64,000 nt of DNA from Candidatus Pelagibacter sp. TMED166 (GTDB lineage: Bacteria; Pseudomonadota; Alphaproteobacteria; Pelagibacterales; Pelagibacteraceae). The translations under genes and the position numbers were made by a program. Shown one piece after another: positions 34,601 to 41,425 of the stretch. The notes beneath the pieces were generated by a model that saw only the letters and a program-made list of their open reading frames with translations, ran no database searches and was not told the origin of the DNA. Numbering within the stretch: the stretch's first letter is position 1; every line of letters begins with the position of its first letter. The stretch is from contig NHHP01000001.1 of assembly GCA_002171015.1 (NCBI GenBank), forward strand, positions 4,641 to 68,640. Reading direction: 5' to 3'.

Positions 34601-37600
34601 TAACAGGTGGGACTGGAGTAGCCACCCCATCGGATGTATCCGCGAGTTTGAATGCATCATCGAGTGCACTACAGGATAACATAGATAACGTTGAATCCAA
34701 TGTATCAGGTGCTTTTACAGAAACATCAGCGTCTATCGCTACAGATTTAAATACAGTTGAATCCAACATATCGGGTGCTTTCACAGAGGTATCAGCTTCG
34801 ATAGTCCAAAACATAGTAACCGATATAAGTGGTTCGATACTAGATATTCCACCGGCACCTGGTGGTGAGGGTTTATTTTTAAACTTCCCACACATGGGAT
34901 ACTTTAGTGGTAGTGAATTTACAGCTTTCATATCAGCAAGTGGTGGTTTCCTATTCAAAGCTGATGACAACAATCTGATATCTTTTGGACAGACTGTAAC
35001 AGGTGGAGACGGAATAGATAGTAAATCGTTTGTTCTTAAATCAGATAACGTATTCCTAAGTGGTTCAAAGGTAAACATTCTAGGAGAAAGATTTTTCTTG
35101 GGTGGTCAGTCACAATTTGTTAGTGGTTCGAACGGAAATATTGAAATAAGTTCATCTAGGTTTCATGTGAAACCCGATGGTGATATAGTGGTTCAGAAGG
35201 TTACGGCTACAGAGGGTAGTATCGGTGGTTATACAATAGATGGTCATAGTATATCTACCACCGGTGTTGAAATTAACGATTCCACACAACCAATATTTAT
35301 AAGTTCAAGTGCTTTTAAAGTTGACCATGTAGGTAATGTCACGGCTAGTAACGTGGACTTATCAGGTAAGATTACTTCAACGGAAGGTAGTATCGGTGGA
35401 TTCGATATAGGCTCATCTCAGATATCGAGTTCAACCGGTGGATTGATTTTAAACTCAGATGGTGGTATCACGGGCTCTAAGTTTTTATTAGAAGGCGGTA
35501 TCATTACCGATAGTGTAACGATAGAAGGGTCGTTATCAGCTAACTCAATATCTACACCGACAGGTGGTTCACCCTTGGCTCAGATAACCGACCAAGGTTT
35601 CGCTAAGTTCGTATCAGCGTCGATTGGTGGATTCGATATATCACAAACTGAAATCAAGGATACAGACGAAGACTTAATTTTAAAATCAAGTGGACAAATC
35701 ACTGCATCTGCAGCACAGATAACTGGTGAACTCAACATTACCGGTGGTGCCACCAAAACCCAATTGGATGTCATAGGTCAACAAACCGCATCATTGGATG
35801 CTAGTGTATCCGCGATAGGAGCAACGACCGCATCATTGAACACAGCGACTGGATCACTCCAATCAGATATCGATACAGGTCTGGCATCAGTCAGTTCATC
35901 GGTATCAGGTGCTTTTACCGAAGCTTCAGCTTCGTTGGCAACAAATCTTAACACCGTAGAAGCCAATGTATCGGGTGCTTTTACTGAGGTATCTGCTTCC
36001 ATTGTTGAAAAAATTGTAACGGATTCAACCGGTTCAATTTTAGAAGTCCCACCATCACCAGCGGGAAGTGGATTGTATTTAAATTTTCCACACATGGGAT
36101 TCTACGATGGAGCGGAACCAGCAAGTACGACATATATCGTTACAGCACCGGGTGGTTCGGGTGGTGGATTCTACATAGATGGTGTTCAGAGAGCAACATT
36201 AGAATTACAAGTAGGATACACCTATAGATTTAATACCTCTGCTGTTGAGGGTTCTCATCCGTTTAGATTTTCAACAGATTCTGATAATGATAATGCTTAT
36301 ACAACTGGTGTTACGGTTGGTAGTGGATACGTAGATATAGTGGTTACTTCAAGCACACCATCAACTCTATATTATTATTGTACGGCACATGATGGTATGG
36401 GTGGACAGATAAATGTCGTGGATAACTCAGAGTATAAAGCTTTTATATCAGCATCTGGTGGATTTCTATTCAAAGCTGATAACAATAATCTGATATCCTT
36501 TGGTCAATCCGTAGATGGTGGGGATGGAACTTCAACGAAATCATTCGTGCTTCGGTCTGATAATGTTTTCCTAAGTGGTTCTAATGTAAATATTTTAGGG
36601 GAGAGGTTTTTCCTCGGTGGACAGGCACAATTCATTAGTGGGTCGAATGGTAACCTAGAAATTACCTCAAGTAACTTTCATCTAGACAGAGATGGTAATG
36701 TCACATTGGATGGAACTATAACGGCTACAACCGGTGAAATCGGTGGATTTAGTATATCTTCAAACTCCATATCAAGTTCGAATGATATTTTACAATTAAA
36801 ATCAAGTGGTCAGATTACCGCATCAGCAATACAACTTACTGGTGAGGTCAACATAACAGGTGGTTCGGCTAAATCACATTTGGAGCAAATCGGAGAATCA
36901 ACAGCATCATTGAATACGAGTGTTGTTGCAATCGGACAATCAACTTCATCCCTTGACGCGAGTGTTGTATCGATAGGTCAACAAACCGAATCTTTGGACA
37001 ATAGTGTTATTTCTATTGGTGAGAAATCCGCATCATTAGACGCAAGTGTTGTTTCCATAGGAGAATCAACAGCATCTCTAACTACTGCCTCACAATCTAT
37101 GGCGGCTAGAGCTTCATTGACTGCGACAGGTTTGGATATATTTGATAGTGGTAGTAATAGGATTGCTGAGTTTAGTGGAAATGTCACAATAGGTAAAACC
37201 GCGTTTCCAGAGAACAACGTTTTTATCGATAACGATAGTGTTGAAATCAGAAGAGGTTCACAGGTATCGGCTTCCTTTGGTTCAACGACGACGATTGGCC
37301 CAACATCCAACAAACACGTCAAAATAACAAGCGATGCATTGGAGATTAAAACCGATGCCAATACAACGGTTCTATCGGCATCTGCTGCAGGTTTGGAAAT
37401 GGTCGGTACGATTAATGCCAGTGCTGGTGATATCGGTGGATTCGGTATATCGGCGACAACAATCAGTAGTTCTAATTCAGATTTGATATTGAACTCCAAC
37501 GGACAGATAACCGCTTCAGCGGTATCGATGTCAGGTGCGATTAATGCGACTAGCGGTTTGATTGGTGGTATGAGGATTGAATCCAACAGCATAGAGAGTG

Positions 37601-40600
37601 GTGCGGATTCAGGCGATGGTTCGGTGATAACCTTGACCGTGACAGCTCAAGATAGTAATTATTTCATCATAGACGGAGTCAATCAACCAACGTTGACATT
37701 CCTACCTGGTAACACCTATAGGTTTGATTTATCGGATGATTCAACTAATGGTCATCCTTTCAGATTTGCCACATCTGGTGATGGTAGCGGTACTGTTGTG
37801 TACACCGAGGGTGTGACATCGAGTGGAACTCAAGGAGATCCTGGTGCGTATCGACAGATAGCCGTGACACAAAATACTCCAACGAATTTATTCTATAGAT
37901 GCACAAATCATAGCGGTATGGGTAATTCAATTACCGTCGATAAAACCTCTCCGTTGATACTAGATGGTAACACAGGACAGATCAGTGGTTCTAGATTTCT
38001 TTTCACGGGTGGTAAGATTAGCGGTTCTAGTGTCGAGATTGATGTTGAAAACGTTAAGATAAGCGGTAGTTCGGTAGATATCGCCACACCTAAGTTTTTC
38101 CTAGGCGGTGGTGGACAATTCATAAGCGGTAGTAATCAAAACATTGAGATTAGCTCTAGTAACTTTCATCTACAACCCGATGGTGATGTTGTGATGAGCG
38201 GTACTGTCACGGCAACAACAGGTGAGTTAGGTGGTTTCGCGATAACACCGACTGCAATATCTGAATCCAACAACCGTTTAATATTAAGGTCGGATGGTAG
38301 GATTACGGCTTCGTTCATGCAAATGACCGGTGAAGTAAACATAGTCGGTGGTTCTGCTAAAACTCATTTAGAATTAATCGGTGAACAGACCGCGTCGTTG
38401 AATACGAGCGTGGTTTCGATTGGAGCTCAAACTGCATCTCTTGACACAAGTGTTGTATCGATAGGAGCACAGACTGCGTCATTAGATGCTAGTGTAGTTT
38501 CAATCGGTGAGAAATCCGCATCGTTGGATACTAGTGTCGTATCGATAGGAGCACAGACTGCATCATTAGATGCGAGTGTTGTTTCGATAGGGGCACAAAC
38601 AGCGTCATTGGACACGAGTGTGGTTTCAATAGGTGCGACTACGGCTTCGATACAAACCGTAACCGCTTCTCTACAGGTAGCTTCAGCGTCAATGGCGTCA
38701 ACCGCGGCATTGACAGCGACTGGTCTAGACATTTTCGATAGCGGTAGTAACAGAATTGCACAATTTAGTGGTAACGTTACGATAGGTAAGACAAGTTTTC
38801 CTGAAAATAATGTTTTTATCGATGAAGATTCTGTGGAGATACGTAGAGGTTCTCAGGTATCGGCGTCGTTTGGAAGCACAACAACCATAGGCCCAACCAC
38901 GGATAAGCATGTAAAAATTACATCAGATGCTTTGGAGATTAAAACAGATTCCGATACAACTGTTTTATCAGCATCCGCAGCTGGTCTGGAGATGGAGGGT
39001 ACGGTTAGAGCAACTGCAGGTGAAATTGGTGGATTCACAATAAATTCTACAGAGATAAGTGCTAGTGGATTACTGTTAAAATCAAGTGGACAGATAACAG
39101 GTTCAGCTGCTAATCTTAGTGGTAGCTCGGTTGATATAAGAACACCGAAGTTTTTCTTAGGTGGCAGTGGACAATTTGTAAGTGGTTCAAATGGAAACAT
39201 TGAAATAAGTTCATCTAAGTTTCATGTGAAACCAGATGGTGATATTGTGGTTAGAAAGGTTAATGCTGATGATGGTACAATCGGAGGTTTTAAAATTGCA
39301 AATACATTTTTAACATCAAGTGCAGGTAGTGGTTTTGGTATTTTAATTGCAGAGCCAGATACAAATCCAACAAATGATTTCAATATAGATGAAGATGGAG
39401 CATTGGGTATATCATTTGGTCTACATCGAAGACCTAATGGTACAACCTATACTTTAAATACATCAAATATGGATTTAGACAATGCTACTAATTATCCAAA
39501 TTTATGGGTAATGGGTTCTGCTACTGATAATGAAAACATAATATTTAGAGTTGGAAAATCAGGTGGTGAGGGTATCAGATTTGAAAACGAAAAGATTGAA
39601 GTAAGTTCTTCAGCATTTTTACTTGGTGATAAGAATAGTAATTTCGTAAGTGGTAGTAATGGTAACATAGAGATAAGTTCATCTAAGTTTCATGTGAAAC
39701 CAGATGGTGATATAGTAGTTAGAAAAGTAGATGCTGTTGAAGGTTCTATATCAGGATTTTCAGTTGAAAATAATAAATTACTAGGTCGTACAGTTTCGGA
39801 TTTTAGTGGTACGGTTATAACATCTTCTGTTTTATTTACACCTGATGTTGAAAATACTGGAGGACTAGGAGGCATACCAGCAATAGGCATAACTGCAATG
39901 AGTGGTTCGGTAATGGGAGCTGGGTTTAGTGTATTATGTAAACCAAACGATGACGAGCTTGGTGTTGACTTTAGAATTGGCCAAGCAACAGGTGAAGGAA
40001 TAGCTACTGGAACAGGTGGATTAAGAATTGTAGCTGTACAGAAAGAAGATGGTTCGGATGATTTTGGTTACTCGGTAAACGGTCAAAGTTTTACAGATTT
40101 CACCTCAGGTTCATCTTTTAATTTTGGCGGTGCAGGAAATGGCTTGAGTTATGGTCTCACCGGTAATAGATTCAAATACCTAATGGGTAAGAGCAGTGGT
40201 GCTCATTTAAAATTTGATTCTGCTGTAAATGAATTATGGATTAGTTCTTCGTATCAAAATATGGAAACTGATATAGGTAAGACAGTAATTTATGGAAATT
40301 CAGTATCTGCTTCAAGAAGTACAGCGATAAGTGACCTAAACTCATACACTACAAGTTCGTTAAGTCATCTTCATCTTGATGGGTTAACATTCAATACCGC
40401 AACTAGTGTTCGTTCAGCACTTCTAGGAGCTGCAGATGGAGAACAACATTCAATAACATTTAACAGACTGTTATATTTTGAGAGTACTCAAGGTGGTGAA
40501 AGCATGCGCCTTAGTCGTAATAGTGAAGTTGTTATTGCAGGTGCATTATCTAAGGGTTCTGGTACATTTAGAATATCACATCCAGATCCTAAAAAGAATG

Positions 40601-40941
40601 AAAAGTATTATTTACAACATTCGTTTGTAGAGTCGCCAACTCGTGGAGATAATATTTATAGATGGCAAATAGATGTTAAGGAAAAACGACACACAATTAA
40701 ATTACCTGATTATTATAAACATTTAAATGAGAATGATATGGTTTGGATAAATGCAGTAAAACATTTTGGTAAGGCTTATGGTGAAGTAAATGTAGAACAA
40801 ACAGAACTAACAATACATACCGATACTGATGGATTATACAATGTTCTATTGATTGGAACACGAAAAGATGAGGTAGCAACAAAAGCATTTGCAGGTGTAG
40901 AACCATCAAAATCTTATATAAAAGAATTAGAGGAGAAATAA
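28687..40941 (+). CDS. giant repetitive tail-fibre-like virion protein (4084 aa)
   Basis: One uninterrupted ORF. It has at least 9 copies of a 45-50-aa module, FFLGG.QF(V/I)SGSNGNIEISSS.FH..PDGD....(I/V)TAT.G.IGGF.I. It also has 14-aa coiled-coil-like repeat arrays, two about 105-aa cupredoxin-like inserts, and a non-repetitive C-terminal domain (about 40480-40938). Confidence 0.85.
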   Translation: MGFLPKRLTLQNLDQVSVFIEDTDNQYFNVQHLPETLSQGRHAFKLFGSNLLREGIELKMELLDSEGNTIFMTPVDFIGEETPPHTPYRYVTIEVYSPPINYPGIATLTILGELNPNLVDVPIEFQNAYNVRYQVDIDVDLSTIVNTQPIRFFKNPTTEFQEVVQAKTVLSPISESIVKTTANGLTRSDLKGSVIEIQSGSLEKEALPNSVSDTFKDIRRFKDEFKYKTGLRGKVPSIIKRRGLSRRFASLEQPKFKIKTSAATFRSDMQGGTVEIGKHDVKIFTVDSITGQTKEKVVTVPRFKTKILEVLDDKTIIPEEPPIVFLPTGSQPSNTDIQEATIEDFSSAPITASFSAADSSPSQSIVNFDSLLDLTIKDMRTFSGDIYRIRVHGKSEAAGSDFTVLTDVIVESPELLKDVDSPSGVLRTGYFINQSHINTYLNKFSMDGTTKGTNVISNYNSSNIIDAINISGSNLGLNQSVVVETKIGQSFTIRKDVTYTLSAKVKGQIKDKVLDDSGTVSRKGKLYFHLSGSNINDSSLVTSHNRFGFELRDEATGEPVVLQLDEDIDGIQNFETIEHTFKPKFNLDRTVNTDTVLQLRAESGEWFISDLSLRPAMDTGFSPDEFDLKVPIPRSIRPDRFDFLIEYFDINNNVAETVTVLQDVPISGSALVIDGDGNLLTGSLFLGNAVDSGIEAAGVNSAFVRSVGYEGFESASLGGKGGFMIFSGSVLPDAPDNYVGAGIEIHDGTTGVDESFLKFRTNPSQFDVKTSTFFLGKKLNPANFISGSNGNLQISSSNFELTADGDVTMSGEISATGGAIGGFDIGSSTISTTGVVLGDSSEDLFISSSAFKVDHSGNITASNIDLGGTISATSGDVGGFQINAGSLTSGTGDSAITMSSADKLISIGSGSTFNKGDLRGGFRAGIDTDGVFKFAIGNSDSFIHVDNDGVSIKTEDINVTASLLNIDVDIFRLNANNLFISSSEGGIISAGNPRPTDIDGTNKGFFVNGSTGKVLLGNSNGSHIKFDGTNTSISSSAFFLGSEAQFVSGSNGNIEISSSNFHLTNAGDVTMAGTITATAGQLGGFGISSDAISSDNFFISGGAENNEFFISSSAFNVKASGNVTASALQLSGGSAGGLVVSAGQIGVGEILKLKDSGQITGSSVLFTGGKIASFDITDNVLSNSPNFFISGSATGNNFFISSSNFNVKASGDVSASAILLGDKSGGQFLQFAGDTLTVQGNISADSISTPSAAATPSSSLSSDGLLKTVSASIGGFEIDDHSIRTSGIEFNNSTQPIFISSSAFKVDHSGNVTASNVDLSGKITATSGEIGGFNIDSDEIKSGTNISLNSNNKSLSINNSTFGNTGIQLQFNSGTPRMFVGQQLGEFFKFDGTNVEVSSSKFFFGNNTNFISGSLGNISIQSSGVTTLSGSQVTIQTPKFFFGGDSQFISGSNGNIEISSSKFHIQPDGDVITNDITASNANVSGKITATSGEIGGFTIGDDLSNSAGSTLKLKGSTGQITASAANITGDITADTITANTAGTIANFEISSTEIKSSNNLLRLKSNGQITGSSAQIAGNITATSGQIAGFTISGNELTATNFTLDASGKSISLGTGNTIFIADADEGIQLGHASFNSAPFSVTKAGELKATSGTIGGWSLSANTIVGANLTLNSSGLIETNDFASGVKGFRLDSTNNGQAEFENISIRGTLKTTVFEKETVNAVGGQLYVANSTTLTGSLAISASAATMSVVNVTGFTGSYANDGEILVAKKITDTGFSTEYILVQSASRDNPSSDTDFSGKLFVVRGYQSGSSGDFLGDNANLSQSLAPGQVLASTGRIGTGYIRLNANPNDTTTPFIDIVERTGSGVFDVDLKARLGDLSGLSTTKLHGTDPANAGFGLYSQNVFLEGGIVANTGSIGGIEMEAGKLYNGVGVHGNSNTGFYVDSSSKFSLGDKLVWDGSDLSVEGSITLTGGTGVATPSDVSASLNASSSALQDNIDNVESNVSGAFTETSASIATDLNTVESNISGAFTEVSASIVQNIVTDISGSILDIPPAPGGEGLFLNFPHMGYFSGSEFTAFISASGGFLFKADDNNLISFGQTVTGGDGIDSKSFVLKSDNVFLSGSKVNILGERFFLGGQSQFVSGSNGNIEISSSRFHVKPDGDIVVQKVTATEGSIGGYTIDGHSISTTGVEINDSTQPIFISSSAFKVDHVGNVTASNVDLSGKITSTEGSIGGFDIGSSQISSSTGGLILNSDGGITGSKFLLEGGIITDSVTIEGSLSANSISTPTGGSPLAQITDQGFAKFVSASIGGFDISQTEIKDTDEDLILKSSGQITASAAQITGELNITGGATKTQLDVIGQQTASLDASVSAIGATTASLNTATGSLQSDIDTGLASVSSSVSGAFTEASASLATNLNTVEANVSGAFTEVSASIVEKIVTDSTGSILEVPPSPAGSGLYLNFPHMGFYDGAEPASTTYIVTAPGGSGGGFYIDGVQRATLELQVGYTYRFNTSAVEGSHPFRFSTDSDNDNAYTTGVTVGSGYVDIVVTSSTPSTLYYYCTAHDGMGGQINVVDNSEYKAFISASGGFLFKADNNNLISFGQSVDGGDGTSTKSFVLRSDNVFLSGSNVNILGERFFLGGQAQFISGSNGNLEITSSNFHLDRDGNVTLDGTITATTGEIGGFSISSNSISSSNDILQLKSSGQITASAIQLTGEVNITGGSAKSHLEQIGESTASLNTSVVAIGQSTSSLDASVVSIGQQTESLDNSVISIGEKSASLDASVVSIGESTASLTTASQSMAARASLTATGLDIFDSGSNRIAEFSGNVTIGKTAFPENNVFIDNDSVEIRRGSQVSASFGSTTTIGPTSNKHVKITSDALEIKTDANTTVLSASAAGLEMVGTINASAGDIGGFGISATTISSSNSDLILNSNGQITASAVSMSGAINATSGLIGGMRIESNSIESGADSGDGSVITLTVTAQDSNYFIIDGVNQPTLTFLPGNTYRFDLSDDSTNGHPFRFATSGDGSGTVVYTEGVTSSGTQGDPGAYRQIAVTQNTPTNLFYRCTNHSGMGNSITVDKTSPLILDGNTGQISGSRFLFTGGKISGSSVEIDVENVKISGSSVDIATPKFFLGGGGQFISGSNQNIEISSSNFHLQPDGDVVMSGTVTATTGELGGFAITPTAISESNNRLILRSDGRITASFMQMTGEVNIVGGSAKTHLELIGEQTASLNTSVVSIGAQTASLDTSVVSIGAQTASLDASVVSIGEKSASLDTSVVSIGAQTASLDASVVSIGAQTASLDTSVVSIGATTASIQTVTASLQVASASMASTAALTATGLDIFDSGSNRIAQFSGNVTIGKTSFPENNVFIDEDSVEIRRGSQVSASFGSTTTIGPTTDKHVKITSDALEIKTDSDTTVLSASAAGLEMEGTVRATAGEIGGFTINSTEISASGLLLKSSGQITGSAANLSGSSVDIRTPKFFLGGSGQFVSGSNGNIEISSSKFHVKPDGDIVVRKVNADDGTIGGFKIANTFLTSSAGSGFGILIAEPDTNPTNDFNIDEDGALGISFGLHRRPNGTTYTLNTSNMDLDNATNYPNLWVMGSATDNENIIFRVGKSGGEGIRFENEKIEVSSSAFLLGDKNSNFVSGSNGNIEISSSKFHVKPDGDIVVRKVDAVEGSISGFSVENNKLLGRTVSDFSGTVITSSVLFTPDVENTGGLGGIPAIGITAMSGSVMGAGFSVLCKPNDDELGVDFRIGQATGEGIATGTGGLRIVAVQKEDGSDDFGYSVNGQSFTDFTSGSSFNFGGAGNGLSYGLTGNRFKYLMGKSSGAHLKFDSAVNELWISSSYQNMETDIGKTVIYGNSVSASRSTAISDLNSYTTSSLSHLHLDGLTFNTATSVRSALLGAADGEQHSITFNRLLYFESTQGGESMRLSRNSEVVIAGALSKGSGTFRISHPDPKKNEKYYLQHSFVESPTRGDNIYRWQIDVKEKRHTIKLPDYYKHLNENDMVWINAVKHFGKAYGEVNVEQTELTIHTDTDGLYNVLLIGTRKDEVATKAFAGVEPSKSYIKELEEK
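36112..36426 (+). other. cupredoxin-like domain 1 inside the giant fibre (aa 2476-2580)
   Basis: ...GYTYRFNTSAVEGSHPFRFST...LYYYCTAHDGMGGQINV. His2524, Cys2565, His2568 and Met2571 sit in the H...C-x2-H-x2-M spacing of type-1 copper sites (amicyanin-type short loop). Confidence 0.6.
36895..37104 (+). repeat. in-frame 42-nt (14-aa) tandem repeat, 4 full + 1 degenerate unit
   Basis: ESTASLNTSVVAIG / QSTSSLDASVVSIG / QQTESLDNSVISIG / EKSASLDASVVSIG / ESTASLTTASQSMA. Confidence 0.85.
37624..37941 (+). other. cupredoxin-like domain 2 inside the giant fibre (aa 2980-3085)
   Basis: ...GNTYRFDLSDDSTNGHPFRFAT...LFYRCTNHSGMGNSITV, with His3023, Cys3072, His3075, Met3078. Confidence 0.6.
38383..38676 (+). 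repeat. in-frame 42-nt (14-aa) tandem repeat, 6 full + 1 degenerate unit
   Basis: (E/A)QTASL(N/D)(T/A)SVVSIG repeated six times, with one EKSASLDTSVVSIG variant, then ATTASIQTVTASLQ. Confidence 0.9.
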
Positions 40942-40942
40942 A

Positions 40943-41425
40943 ATGTTAAAAGAATTTAACGATATAATAGAAATAACCCTACATCACGAGGGTGGATATG
41001 TAAATGACCCGAATGATTTAGGCGGAGAAACCAATTTTGGTATCGCTAAACGTTTCTATCCCGACGTAGATATAAAAAATTTAACGAAAGATAAAGCAAA
41101 AGATATTTATAGAAGAGATTATTGGGATAAAAACAAAGTCGATGAGATGCCTGAACAGTTGAGACATATATATTTCGATATGTGTGTAAATCAAGGCAAA
41201 GGAACCGCAGTAAAAGTTTTACAAAGAGCTTGTAATTCCAAGAAAGCAGACCTCAAGGTCGATGGTGGGTTGGGCCCTAAAACATTAGGGGCTATCAAAG
41301 AATTCAATCCATCGCTACCAAGGGTTCGTTGCTATAGATTGAAACATTACTATGATTTGGTGAATAGGAAACCAGAACAAGAAAAGTTCTTATTCGGATG
41401 GTATCGTAGAACAATGGAAGTATAA
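40943..41425 (+). CDS. GH108-family lysozyme (endolysin or virion lysin) with peptidoglycan-binding C-terminus
   Basis: ITLHHEGGYVNDPNDLGGETNFGI matches the GH108 N-terminal signature (EGGY..D..D.GG.T..GI). VDGGLGPKTLGAIKEF matches the PG-binding helical motif (DG..GP.T..A). Confidence 0.8.
   Translation: MLKEFNDIIEITLHHEGGYVNDPNDLGGETNFGIAKRFYPDVDIKNLTKDKAKDIYRRDYWDKNKVDEMPEQLRHIYFDMCVNQGKGTAVKVLQRACNSKKADLKVDGGLGPKTLGAIKEFNPSLPRVRCYRLKHYYDLVNRKPEQEKFLFGWYRRTMEV

Noticed and set aside
38383-38676. Regular 42-nt repeats that superficially resemble a CRISPR array.
   Set aside because: The units are contiguous with no unique spacers. They lie in frame within a 12-kb ORF and encode a 14-aa peptide repeat. 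No cas genes or leader are present.
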